Made by a program: the position numbers and the translations under genes | Notes under the pieces: model-generated | Told to the model about the DNA's origin: nothing | Seen by the model: only the letters and a program-made list of their open reading frames with translations | Database searches by the model: none | Assembly (NCBI GenBank): GCA_965214935.1 | Contig: CBDCCS010000019.1 | Location: 1 to 64,000, forward strand | Direction: 5' to 3' | From: Candidatus Velthaea sp. | Lineage (GTDB): Bacteria > Vulcanimicrobiota > Vulcanimicrobiia > Vulcanimicrobiales > Vulcanimicrobiaceae | Length of the DNA: 64,000 bases | In this document: in pieces, positions 19,145-29,448 of the stretch | Position numbering within the stretch: the stretch's first letter is position 1 | How the letters are laid out: every line of letters begins with the position of its first letter

Positions 19145-20746
19145 ATGCAGCCGAGCCTTTCCCGCGCGCCGCGAGTCGTCGTTGCCGAGCAATTTGCCGA
19201 ACAAGGTTTGGCGGTTTTACGGGAAGCGGGCATCGACATTGATTCGCAAGTCGGCCGGTCGCGCGCCGATCTCGTTGCGGCCCTGGCCGATGCGGACGGC
19301 TTGATCGTGCGGTCGGAAACCACGGTCGATCGCGCTTTGCTCGCCGCCGGTCCAAAGCTTACGGTTGTTGCACGCGCGGGCGTCGGCGTCGACGCAATCG
19401 ACGTGGATGCGGCGACCGATGCCGGTATCATCGTGCTCAATACGCCGGGCGCAAATACGATTGCCGCGACCGAGCAAACCTTTGCGCTCATGCTTTCATT
19501 GGTTCGGAAGACGCCGGCCGCCGTGCAGTCGCTGCGCGACGGTATATGGGACCGCAAGCCGTTCATCGGAACCGAACTTTTCGGCAAGACACTGGGCATC
19601 GTCGGACTCGGCCGCATCGGCGGCAATGTCGCCACGCGCGCGCGCGCATTCGGCATGACCGTGCTGACGTTCGATCCGTACATCAGCGGCGCACGCGCAG
19701 ATGCCTTCGACGCCAAGCTCGTCGACCTCGATACGCTTCTGCGGAGCGCGGATATCGTGACGTTGCACGTTCCGTTGACGAATCAGACCGTGGGCATGAT
19801 CGATGCTGCGAAACTTGCGCTGCTTTCACCGCATGCAATGATTATCAACTGCGCGCGCGGGGGCGTCATCGTCGAAAGCGATTTGCTTGCCGCGCTCGAT
19901 GCCGGCCGGCTGGCGGGCGCGGCGATCGATGTCGTCGCGCAGGAGCCGCCGCCGGCCGACGGGACGGGAGCGCGCCTGCACCGCCATCCCAAAGTTTTTG
20001 CAACACCGCATCTAGGCGGCTCGACACGTGAAGCGCTGGAACGCATCGCGACCGAACTTGCTCACGATGTTGCCCGCGTGCTACTCGGCAATCCGGCCAA
20101 CGCCGCCGTCAACGCGCCGGTTCCCGACGGTCCCGAAGCCGAACGTGTGTTGCCGTTCCTCGATGTCGCGTATCGGATGGGCCGTTTCTATCCGCAGTTC
20201 GCGCAAGAAGCCCGGTTGCCGGCGTTCGCAATGACGCTACAGGGCGAACTCGCCGATGTTCCGCCCGAGCCGCTCGTACGCGCTTTTTTGTCCGGGCTGT
20301 TGCAGGCAACGACCGACCGGCGAGTTTCGGTCGTCAACGCCGATGCAATCGCAAACGAACTCGGCGTGCAACTCGATGCTCGCGGGGAGCGCGGCACGTC
20401 GATTTATGCAAGTTCCCTGCGCATCTCGGCCGGCCGCACGTCGATTACCGGCACTTCGGTAAGCGGCGTCGCGCGCATCGTCGAAATCGACGGGTACGAA
20501 ATAGACGCTACCCCGATCGGCGCGATGCTCATTACGCAACATCACGATGTTCCGGGCATGATCGGCAAAGTCGGAACGCTGCTAGGTCAGCAGAACGTCA
20601 ACATCTCGACCATGCAAGTTTCGCGCAATGCCATCGGCGGTGACGCAATTATGGTGCTCTCGATCGATCGGCCGGCTGACGATGCGACGATTGCTGCTTT
20701 GCGGACGATACCGGGAATCAACTCGGTGCGCTCGCTCGCCGTTTGA
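19145..20746 (+). CDS. serA: D-3-phosphoglycerate dehydrogenase (with ASB and ACT domains)
   Basis: RAGVGVDAID, GLGRIG, NCARGG, TPHLGGST, C-terminal ACT (DVPGMIGKVG). Confidence 0.95.
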   Translation: MQPSLSRAPRVVVAEQFAEQGLAVLREAGIDIDSQVGRSRADLVAALADADGLIVRSETTVDRALLAAGPKLTVVARAGVGVDAIDVDAATDAGIIVLNTPGANTIAATEQTFALMLSLVRKTPAAVQSLRDGIWDRKPFIGTELFGKTLGIVGLGRIGGNVATRARAFGMTVLTFDPYISGARADAFDAKLVDLDTLLRSADIVTLHVPLTNQTVGMIDAAKLALLSPHAMIINCARGGVIVESDLLAALDAGRLAGAAIDVVAQEPPPADGTGARLHRHPKVFATPHLGGSTREALERIATELAHDVARVLLGNPANAAVNAPVPDGPEAERVLPFLDVAYRMGRFYPQFAQEARLPAFAMTLQGELADVPPEPLVRAFLSGLLQATTDRRVSVVNADAIANELGVQLDARGERGTSIYASSLRISAGRTSITGTSVSGVARIVEIDGYEIDATPIGAMLITQHHDVPGMIGKVGTLLGQQNVNISTMQVSRNAIGGDAIMVLSIDRPADDATIAALRTIPGINSVRSLAV

Positions 20747-21381
20747 CCGTGCGCGTCTATGTCGCCCGCCATGGCGAGACGACGTGGAATGTCGCCGGCC
20801 GTTATCAAGGGCGGCGTGAATCAACGCTGACGCCGCTAGGTGAACACCAAGCGACCGCGTTGGCAGAGGCATGCGCGCACATTGAGCCGCGCATCGAGCG
20901 GATTATCAGCAGCCCGCTGATGCGCTGCACCGCGACGGCGGCTTTCGTTGCCGAGCGTATCGACGTTAAAGTCGAAAGCGATGAACGGCTCTTGGAGATT
21001 GCGCACGGCACGTGGGAAGGCCGGCTGCGCGACGAGATTGCCGCCGACGATCCGGCTCTGTTCCGACGCTGGAAAGAGCAGCCCGCCGGCGTTGCTTTCG
21101 ATGGTGGCGAAACGCTGGCCGACGTGCAATCGCGCTGGCGCGCTTTTGCGCAAACGTTTGACGCAGCGCAGCCGACGCTCGTCGTGACGCACGATGCGGT
21201 CGTGCGCGTTGCCATTCTCGATGCGCAATGCCGTTCGCTCGACGATTTATGGCTGATGCACGTCGAGAATGCCGGCTTTGCGGAATTCGCCGTCGCGAAC
21301 GGCCGGTGGACGCTCGTACACGAAAGCCGCAACGAACATTTGCGCGGATTGCGCGCGGCCATTGATACGCAAGCGCTGTAA
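20743..21381 (+). CDS. Histidine phosphatase, probable metal-independent phosphoserine phosphatase
   Basis: RHGETTWN, GRYQG, EIAHGTWEG; TTGA-coupled to serA. Confidence 0.8.
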   Translation: MTVRVYVARHGETTWNVAGRYQGRRESTLTPLGEHQATALAEACAHIEPRIERIISSPLMRCTATAAFVAERIDVKVESDERLLEIAHGTWEGRLRDEIAADDPALFRRWKEQPAGVAFDGGETLADVQSRWRAFAQTFDAAQPTLVVTHDAVVRVAILDAQCRSLDDLWLMHVENAGFAEFAVANGRWTLVHESRNEHLRGLRAAIDTQAL

Positions 21382-21727
21382 GACGGGGCGTTCCAATCAT
21401 CAATGTAGCGACGCGATACGGAGCACCTTCGATACGATCGCCGAAATTAGCTACGAATGAAAGCAAGGCCCCGCACCTGCTTGACGAGACTTCGTATCGG
21501 GTGTCCACAATAGCTTGCTGGATAATTAGAGCAATTTGTATTCCGCTAATAAAAGCGAGGCGACGGCTGATAACGTCTTGGGCCGCGTTGGTGTTTGCAA
21601 CGTCGCGCCAGACGAAGCAAAGTTACGGCCTCTAGGTCACCAGCAAAGTGTTGTTAGAAGTGACAGCTCCGCATCGTATTAAACTATCGAAGCGCATCGG
21701 TGATTTCGTCCACTCGTCACCAAGCGT

Positions 21728-21761
21728 CTGACTTGTGATAATAGCATTTATCACAAGTCAG
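21728..21761. other. loxP-like recombination site (34 bp)
   Basis: CTGACTTGTGATAA-TAGCAT-TTATCACAAGTCAG: perfect 14-bp arms, asymmetric spacer, 54 bp upstream of the recombinase ATG. Confidence 0.8.
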
Positions 21762-21815
21762 CTTCCCCGACCGCCGGCGAGGTTCGAGTGTGATTACGGC
21801 GAACGGGTGTTCGTA

Positions 21816-22829
21816 ATGACCATTCTGCTGCCGGGTCTCGTGGAACCGACGGTGCGCCCTGCACGTTCGCCGCGCACCCGAACGATTGACGCCGCCGGCA
21901 ACATCGACGCGCTCGTTGCTGAGCTGCGCATTGCCGCGCGTGCGGCGGCTGACACCAGTCGCGCAAAGTCGACGGAGCGCGCTTACAGCAACGACTGGCG
22001 CGACTTCTACGCCTTCGCTCGCCTCATTGGGCGGGCGCCGCATCCGGCTGAAGCGGAGACTGTGGCGCTCTACGTTACGGATCTTGCGCGCCGCGGCCGT
22101 GCGCCGGCGACGATAGCGCGCCGGCTCGTGTCGATCGCGGTCTATCATCGAGCTGCCGGATATCCGAGTCCGAGCGACCACGGGGTAGTGCGGGCCGTCG
22201 TAAGCGGTCTGCGCCGACAGCTCGATGTAGCGCAGCGGCAAAAGACGGCGCTCGAGATTAATTCACTGCGCGTCGTGCTAGCGCGGATCGCCGTTGACGT
22301 GCGCGGGTTGCGTGACCGCGCCATTCTGCTCATTGGAAGGGCGGCGGCGCTACGGCGCTCCGAGCTCGCGGCGCTCGTTGTGAACAACCTGCGCTTCGAG
22401 CCAGATGGTCTTATCCTCGAGTTACGCCAATCAAAGACCGACCAGGATGCTTCCGGCGACGCAGTCGCGGTCCCGTTTGGCACGCATACGCAAACGTGTC
22501 CGGTACACGCCTTGCGCTCATGGCTCGCTGTCGCTGATGGCGATGGCGCGGTCTTTCGGCAGATCGACCGGCATGGCAACATCGGCTCGAATCTTACGGC
22601 AACGGCAATCGCGTCGATAATCCGCGCGCGAACGGGGGCCGCTGGTATTGTCGGTGATTTTGCCGGCCATTCGCTGCGTTCCGGTTTTCCTACGACTGCA
22701 GCCCACGCCGGTCGGAGCGAGGCTGCTATCATGCGACATGGTCGATGGAAAAGCGTCCAGGTTGCGCGTCGCTACATTCGTGACGGCTCGCATTGGCTTA
22801 ATAACTCCGTCGCAGGCCTGGGACTTTGA
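21816..22829 (+). CDS. Cre-type tyrosine site-specific recombinase
   Basis: N-terminal core-binding domain (TERAYSNDW, ATIARRL); catalytic R(RSEL), K(TDQ), HSLR, W(KS), Y(IR). Confidence 0.93.
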   Translation: MTILLPGLVEPTVRPARSPRTRTIDAAGNIDALVAELRIAARAAADTSRAKSTERAYSNDWRDFYAFARLIGRAPHPAEAETVALYVTDLARRGRAPATIARRLVSIAVYHRAAGYPSPSDHGVVRAVVSGLRRQLDVAQRQKTALEINSLRVVLARIAVDVRGLRDRAILLIGRAAALRRSELAALVVNNLRFEPDGLILELRQSKTDQDASGDAVAVPFGTHTQTCPVHALRSWLAVADGDGAVFRQIDRHGNIGSNLTATAIASIIRARTGAAGIVGDFAGHSLRSGFPTTAAHAGRSEAAIMRHGRWKSVQVARRYIRDGSHWLNNSVAGLGL

Positions 22830-22931
22830 AAGTTTGCCCTCATCTATTACGAAATACGCTCCTGGCGACAACATACGTAGCTTTGAAACGACCGGACGCA
22901 ACGTGACCCAGCAAAGCCCCGGGAGGCTGTT

Positions 22932-23513
22932 GTGGAAATCGATACATTTGAAAGTCGGTTACGTAGCATCATTAGCGATCCGACGACTTTGCGCCCATTC
23001 GTTTGCGAAGGTTCTCCTCTGGATTGCGAGGCGTTCCTCATTGGACTAAATGCCGCGACAAAGATGAAACCGAATTGGTGGGATTTTTGGGAACAAGGCA
23101 AAGGCTTCAATAAGGACAAATGGGACCAGCATTATCGTGCGGAACGTTGCTCTCAAAAAACGAAAACAGACAGAGCGAAGAAGGGACTCTCGAAAACTCG
23201 CGAGAGGATTGACCGCGTCGTAGCGGGCGCCCTTGAGGGAGCGCCACTACGTTGCCTTGAGACAAACGTTTTCTCGTTGCCCTCGGCGACCATAGCGGAG
23301 CTTAGCGGAGAGCAACGTAACACCGACGTGTTCGAATTCTTAGTAAATGCAATTCGACCCAAAATCGTTCTCGCATATGGCGGCGACGCCTTAACCATTC
23401 TTGGTTCAAACCGACCTTTCAAGGTAGTGCCAGAGGATCACCTTAGATCGATCCGCTATGCCGATGCAGAAGCACTTGGTCGCAGGCTTAACACATTGTG
23501 GCGCACCTTATGA
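22932..23513 (+). CDS. Uracil-DNA glycosylase superfamily-like protein
   Basis: FLIGLNAA (motif A-like), LETNVF, RPKIVLAYGGDA, DHLRS (motif B-like). Confidence 0.6.
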   Translation: MEIDTFESRLRSIISDPTTLRPFVCEGSPLDCEAFLIGLNAATKMKPNWWDFWEQGKGFNKDKWDQHYRAERCSQKTKTDRAKKGLSKTRERIDRVVAGALEGAPLRCLETNVFSLPSATIAELSGEQRNTDVFEFLVNAIRPKIVLAYGGDALTILGSNRPFKVVPEDHLRSIRYADAEALGRRLNTLWRTL

Positions 23514-23548
23514 GCATGCCGCTCGCTTTACGGCGCTAGCAGCGCGCA

Positions 23549-24256
23549 ATGAATCCGCAGAAAGTCGCGAAATGGGGCTTGTGGATATATGACATTAGGC
23601 AAGACGTCTGGCACCTTATGAATCGCCGACGCTGGAATGCGGTCTTCGAGCGTGTCGTCAATTCTAATCCGCGCTTGCGCCCCGGGTTAGTGATACCGGA
23701 CTATTTCAGAAATATTTATGCCGACTACGCCGTTCTTTCGGTGCGGCGGCTCGCTCGGCGCGACCAGAAATCTATTTCATTAACTGCGCTACTTGACTAT
23801 CTTCGCGATAACCACACGATGCTGACTCGTGAATGGTATCGCAGCCTTTACACGCGTCCGTTGCCCGGGGGCGAAGTGTACCCTGTGCAAGTCGCGCGCG
23901 ATCTAGCTGACGAGACATTTAAGCACTTTTGCGATGTCGACGCCGAAGTCGTCAGCAAGTCGATGATCGAAGCCGATTTAGCTAATATCGAGATCGCTAC
24001 GCAGCGAATTCTTCACTTCAGTGACCGCTTCAAGGCTCACAAGGATAGGCGTGGCGTCGAGGGTCAGCTGCCGACGCATAACGAGCTAAATGCCGCCATC
24101 GATTCCCTTGCTGAGTGTGCTCGAAAGTACGTGCTTCTATTAACCGGCGAGAACACGCTCTCGATGACGCCGCTAGATCAAACTAACGCGATTCACGTTT
24201 TTACATTCCCGTGGATCGATGACGACCATTTGCCCGATTTGGCAGGCCTGCTGTAG
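23549..24256 (+). CDS. HEPN AbiU2-like protein
   Basis: All-helical pattern, LSVRRL...SISL segment, SDRFKAH resembling the HEPN RxxxxAH motif. Confidence 0.6.
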   Translation: MNPQKVAKWGLWIYDIRQDVWHLMNRRRWNAVFERVVNSNPRLRPGLVIPDYFRNIYADYAVLSVRRLARRDQKSISLTALLDYLRDNHTMLTREWYRSLYTRPLPGGEVYPVQVARDLADETFKHFCDVDAEVVSKSMIEADLANIEIATQRILHFSDRFKAHKDRRGVEGQLPTHNELNAAIDSLAECARKYVLLLTGENTLSMTPLDQTNAIHVFTFPWIDDDHLPDLAGLL

Positions 24257-24295
24257 GTTATACTTGGGAGAAAGGTCGACGCCTCGTCTGTTGTG

Positions 24296-24429
24296 TTACA
24301 GCGTGTGAGTGATCTTTACGAAGCCATGGTTCTCACCGGAACTAAACGGCGTCCGAGCATCGAGATACAGCGTCCCCCGCTGCTCGACAAACGTAAATGA
24401 CGACTCATTACCGTCGGGCTCCGCGAACG
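24296..24429 (-). pseudogene. 3' remnant of a gene truncated by the IS21 insertion
   Basis: Open frame TFAEPDGNESSFTFVEQRGTLYLD...HTL* begins at the IS end. Confidence 0.35.
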
Positions 24430-24483
24430 TGGTAACGGCGGCCAGAAATTGACCCCCTTTTCGGCAATTACGAATTGACCCCC
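24430..24483. repeat. IS21-family terminal repeat (right end)
   Basis: AATTGACCCCC twice (24447-24457 and 24473-24483) just downstream of istB. Confidence 0.8.
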
Positions 24484-25246
24484 GACGTTGCAGAAGGTTC
24501 GAATTCGGGCGGTGTATTTCCGCCCTTGCCTTTGCGCTGTCGTAGGCGGTGGCTCTACCCAGCGAATTGAAATACGGTTCCGTGGTTAACGAGTCGATCA
24601 ATGACCGCGGCAGCGGCCATCTCGTCAGGAAATACCTGAAGCCATTTCTCAAACGGTAGATTTGTCGTTAATGCGATACTACTGCGTTCGTAGCGTGCAG
24701 AGATCACGTTGAACAGCAAATCGGTTGCTTCTCGTTCGAACGGAATGTAACCGAGTTCATCGATTAGGAGCAAGTCGATTCGGTCGAGTGAGCGAAACGT
24801 GCGTTGCAATGTCCCCCGATTTCTTCGCGTCAATGAGCTGCATTAGCAACTCTGCTGCTGTTGCGAATCGTACACGATAAACGCGAGAACAGGCAGCGAT
24901 TCCGAGAGCGACAAGGCAATGGCTCTTGCCCGTTCCAGGCGGCCCGGTGAAGACAACGTTACGATGCTGATCCACGAATCGCCCATCGAAGTGCTCGAGC
25001 AATTTTGCCTTCGGCAGTTGCGCTTGCAGCGAGAAGTCAAACGCCTCGATCGTCTTTATCGTTGGGAACCGCGCGGAAGAAATGCGCGCTTTTACGCCGT
25101 TCTCTTGGCGCTTTGCAGATTCGAGTGCGGCGAGATCGACTAGAAGAAAGTGGCTCGGAATGCTCTGCAATGAGCCGGCGATAGTTCGCAAGCATTGTTG
25201 GCAGCCGCAGAGAACGGAGATGATGTTCGAGAAGTGCGTTGCTCAT
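24468..25246 (-). pseudogene. istB: IS21 helper ATPase IstB, disrupted
   Basis: LRLP, ARFP, GPPGTGKSH, LLLIDELGY, TTNLPF, AVIDRL split over three frames, plus an in-frame TAG at 24555. Confidence 0.92.
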
Positions 25247-25760
25247 GATGCCTGCTCAACGAGTTCGGCGTTCGAGTAGGCTCCAAGGTCAACATGATTT
25301 GAGATGTTGCGAACATTGGACGGAACATCGTTGAGGCTCAACTGCATGTCATTAGTCGGTCGCGTGCGTTGGCGGACGAGTAAAGCGATGGCCGATGGAT
25401 CGTCCGTTCCTCGCGCCATCGCTTGGCCGACGGCCGCTTCGACGACATCGACTGGGTGGTCCTTGAGGAGCAATAGGACGCTGGTCCAGGCCTTTGTGGC
25501 GCTGCCTTCACCGCGCGAGAGGTAGCGATCGCGCAGAGTTAGGAACGTCTCCAGTATTCGACTGTCCGAAACAATTGCAGCGTTTAGTGACGCGCGGTGC
25601 TTGTGCGCAAGCACGTCAAGAGAATGCCGCAGATCCAAGTAAAATTGATCGCGACCCATCGATCGCCGGTGCTCGGCGACGGCCTTATTGTCTACGATTA
25701 TGCGCAGATACGAGTCGTAGAGTTCAACGAAAGCTGAGCGATGCGCATAACTAACGGCCA
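25243..25760 (-). pseudogene. istA: IS21 transposase IstA, C-terminal fragment
   Basis: VAEHRRS, HSLDVLAHKHRA, VDLGAY; overlaps the istB start; catalytic domain absent. Confidence 0.75.
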
Positions 25761-26102
25761 CGCCGCGGTGCCTGCAATGGCGCGTTATCTCGATCAGGCG
25801 CCAGCGCACGGTATCGTTCCAATTCCACGGTCGACATTTCGACGGTTTACTCGTGCTTGGAGTCGCACGGATCACCATTGCCATCATACTTTGATGGGCC
25901 GGGTGGAACCTCAACCTTGCCATCGCGGCGTGCCCGGACGAGATCACGCTGCTCGATGAACGACACGATAGATGCCGCGTTATCTTGTACGTGGTAGACC
26001 ACGCCGGCACGCCGTAGCCCACCATCGACGATTCGAGTTTTCGCCGACAATGGCGTGCCGCCCGGCGCTTTTGTGCTATCATCGACTACACGAGGAAGGG
26101 TA

Positions 26103-26549
26103 ATGTTGTTGGTTTCGTTGCTCGCAGCATATGCTGCTGCCATCCTTGCTCTAGATGGGTCAGACCCGTATCGAGCTGCGGGAATTCCATGTTCATACTT
26201 TTCGTCCGCTGAGACAGGGCGACTACATATTATCGGTTATGGCTCTAACAGCGTAACTCCTTATAGCGACCCTCCTAGCGTCGTACACTTGCTACTAAGT
26301 AATGATAAAGACCGAGGGATTTTCGCAGAGCTAGTAACTCAGCATCGGATTATCAAAAAAGCAATGATTGATGAGGCGAAAAATCCTCATTCCTACGTTC
26401 TCACCAATGTTATTGTTTCAGTTCCTGCGACGGCTTTGCGACCACCGTACGTTGAATCAGGTAATCAAGTGTTTATAACGTTAAAGGTCGGCAATTGGCG
26501 CTCAGTGCCAGCGGTTAAACCTCTCCCGCAATGGCTCAAGGACTGTTAG
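26103..26549 (+). CDS. Hypothetical exported protein
   Basis: RBS GAGGAAGG, hydrophobic N-terminus, AT-richer composition. Confidence 0.55.
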   Translation: MLLVSLLAAYAAAILALDGSDPYRAAGIPCSYFSSAETGRLHIIGYGSNSVTPYSDPPSVVHLLLSNDKDRGIFAELVTQHRIIKKAMIDEAKNPHSYVLTNVIVSVPATALRPPYVESGNQVFITLKVGNWRSVPAVKPLPQWLKDC

Positions 26550-26778
26550 CAAGTTGTAGATTGAAGTTGGTCGCTAATGCATTCAACGGCCGTCCGAACG
26601 AACGGGTCACAAATCTAAATTCGCGAAGGCAATGTCGCTCATGTTTGCGCGAAATGGTTCCTTTTAGATGCTCGCAACTTGGCGATTTCCGAGGCGGCGC
26701 CTGAACCACGCCTTCGGGCGTGAACCATGAGAGCGGCTTAACGGGCAGTATTGGCACGGCTTAGGCGCGTAGATTCCG

Positions 26779-28871
26779 GTGATGCTAAGTCGCGCCGTGC
26801 ACGCCGTGGCAGCGGCAAATGCCTTTCTCATCACGGCGGTGCCTGGTTCGGCCGGGCACGATGACGTCGCGCCGCTCGTCGTTGATGCCGATACGCATCG
26901 GGCGATGTTCGCCGGAACCGTCGCGGCGGACGTGACCCGGCCGGCGGCGCGACTCGAGATTGTGCTAGTGGGCCGGCCGCAAGCTGACGTCGCGGTGCGC
27001 GCCCGGGTGACGGCATCGCTGCTGGTTCTCGCCGAGGACACATTGCCGCATGCGGGCTTCGAGTCGTTGCCGGCGCCGACCGCATCCGACGCTCAATGGC
27101 GGTTCATTGATCCATCGCCCCCGTCGGTTCGCATTCGTTTGCCTATGCCAGCAACCGACGACAATGTGCGCGATAGCGTCAGCCGGCTCATCGGAGCGGT
27201 TAATTCCGGTCGCTACGGCGAGGACACCTTCGGGGCGCGGGTCATCTCGATCGACCATATCTTTGCCGGCTGCGCCCCGTTCGGGGCTCTGATTCGAAGC
27301 GCCGTGCGGACCCGAGTGGAACAGCTGACGCGCGTGCTCGGCACGCCTTCGTCGATGGACGTCGCGCTTGCGCCGCTGCCGCCGGGACTTCCGTTCGAGG
27401 CGCCCCCCGGCGGCATGCCGCATTGCTCCGGCGGCTCGCAAACTTCCCGGACGCATTGCTTCCATCGCATGCCTCATATCGCTTTCGGCAAGCCTTCGCA
27501 TTCGCCCGGCCGATTCACTTCGCCGCTGCTGCGCCTTCATCGCAGACGCATGACGTGCCGCCGTTCATTGCCGGATCGACCGTAGGGCCGCGCGTACGTC
27601 TGCATGCCGCAGACGTGCTTCTCAGCGTGGAAGGATTTGCCGTTCTCGAGCAGCGCGCGACTGGGAGGAGCTACGTCTACGAGGGTCCGAACGGCCGTTG
27701 GTTCATGCGCGACCTCACGCTCGAATCGGTCGATGCGATTCGGCGGCGACTGCGGGCCGCCGGTGTCGCCGACAGCGCGATCGTCACGCAACTAAATCCC
27801 AGCGACGGGCGCTGGTATGTCCGCGTTCACACTTCTGACACTCGGTGGAACGATGCCATCGCGGCAGCAATAAGCGGGACCGCGCAGGTCGAACGCGATG
27901 CCGTACGGACCACTACCTTCGGCGATGCGTGCACCAACGAACAACATGCGCTGGCACGCGCGGTCGCCGACGCACTCGAACGAGCGCGACGCATCGCGGC
28001 CGGTCTACGCGCGACGATCGATCTTCAGCCCGTCGCCGTGCTGACGGGTTTCGGCAGCGGATTCGCATCGTGCGCGGAGCGCGGCAGCGATTACTCCCCA
28101 CCCGCTCCTGTTCCCCGGCACATCTCCGGGCAGCTGAAGCGGCGTGAGCCTGACGACGGCGGCGCGTTCGGGGTCTTCGCCACCTTTCGCATCGAGCATC
28201 CCGACATTTCGGGTGCGGTACGGTCGCATGTCGCAAGCGACGACGCGATGAGTTTCGCTGTGCGCTTCGGCTACGTACCGCCGCCGATAACCTACATCGA
28301 TGCGGTGCATGACGGCCATGCGCAACTCGAAACGCGTGTGCCTACGCAGCGCGTACGTATCGACATGCTGCTGAGCCCGGACAATCGGCACGCCTTTCGC
28401 GCGATCGATCCCGGCCTAGCTGCCGGTCTCGCCGCTAAGCTGGGCGTGTCCGCCGCCCAATACGCGGCGGCGTTCGAGCCCAACACTGAACGGGGCAACA
28501 TGCCCACACCCGATCAGATGCTCTTTGAGGCCGAGTTTCCCAACCGCGGGCCAGCGACGGAACGCGCCCTGAGTGGAGCGCTCATGTCCGCACAGTCGGC
28601 CGGCTACGGCGGCTTTAAGATTGTCCCGGAAAGCAATGGATGCGCCGCCGTCGACGACGCGCTCGCGCTTGACGCGATCCGAGCCGCTGCCGGTAACACT
28701 AAGCCGTCCGAACGCACCGGGCGCGTGATCGCCATCGATCTTCGCGGCCCGTTCACTGTCGATGGTGTGTGCAGCACCAAGAATAGCGGCGTCGCGACGT
28801 GGGCGGTTCGCAATGCAAAGATCCAGGACGTGCGTCTGGCCGCTTATGCGCGAGTCTCATACGGACACTAG
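26779..28871 (+). pseudogene. Exported SIMPL-like repeat-domain protein, frameshifted near 27440
   Basis: Overlapping ORFs 26779-27585 and 27423-28871; ALARAVADALERARRIA is SIMPL-like. Confidence 0.55.
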
Positions 28872-29073
28872 CGGCAAAGCGATCCCAATACAAAACGCAT
28901 GATGCGGGACTTGAAAAGTTTCATCCGCTGCGAATCCACAAAATAGTGGCTGTGCAAAAGGATTTCTATTGCGCAGGCTCACGGCACGTTAACGTCTTCA
29001 CGCATTCGCGAAAAGGCTGTCCTCGATTCCGAAGGAAAACGACTCCCTGAATTGGCTAGAGCGGGAGCTGACA

Positions 29074-29241
29074 ATGCGCAAAATCGTCACATTAGACATA
29101 CTACTTGCATTCATGTTTACCGGCGCTGCCGGGGCTGCAGAGCCTCTTAATATCCGCGATGCGCACGCATTTGCCGCAATGGTGATTTCGCTCGAGCGCG
29201 CTGGGTTCCGTTACGATAATAACCGATTATTATACCGATAA
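29074..29241 (+). CDS. Small or truncated signal-peptide protein (55 aa, not in ORF track)
   Basis: GGGAG RBS then MRKIVTLDILLAFMFTGAAGAAEPLNIRD...LLYR*. Confidence 0.4.
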   Translation: MRKIVTLDILLAFMFTGAAGAAEPLNIRDAHAFAAMVISLERAGFRYDNNRLLYR

Positions 29242-29448
29242 GCCGGCTTTCAGCCACGGTTGCCGTTTCGTATAAAACGGACATGCCGCGGCTAGAGTGG
29301 ACAGCCTCGGCGTTCATCGGTTACGATGGACGTAGCTCGCCACCTGAACAGTGTGGCACTAGTCCGAAGCTTTTATTGCGCCAGCTTTCGTACGGCGGAC
29401 GCAATCGTAGTGACGAGCGAGCCCTGAATCTACGATGCAAATAACAGC

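Noticed and set aside
21489..21497. ACTTCGTAT matching part of a loxP arm
   Set aside because: No inverted partner at the right spacing; a 9-bp match is compatible with chance
25760..26143. N-terminal part of ORF 25243-26082 and ORF 25847-26143 as real genes
   Set aside because: No transposase motifs upstream of about 25760; likely read-through into unrelated degenerate DNA
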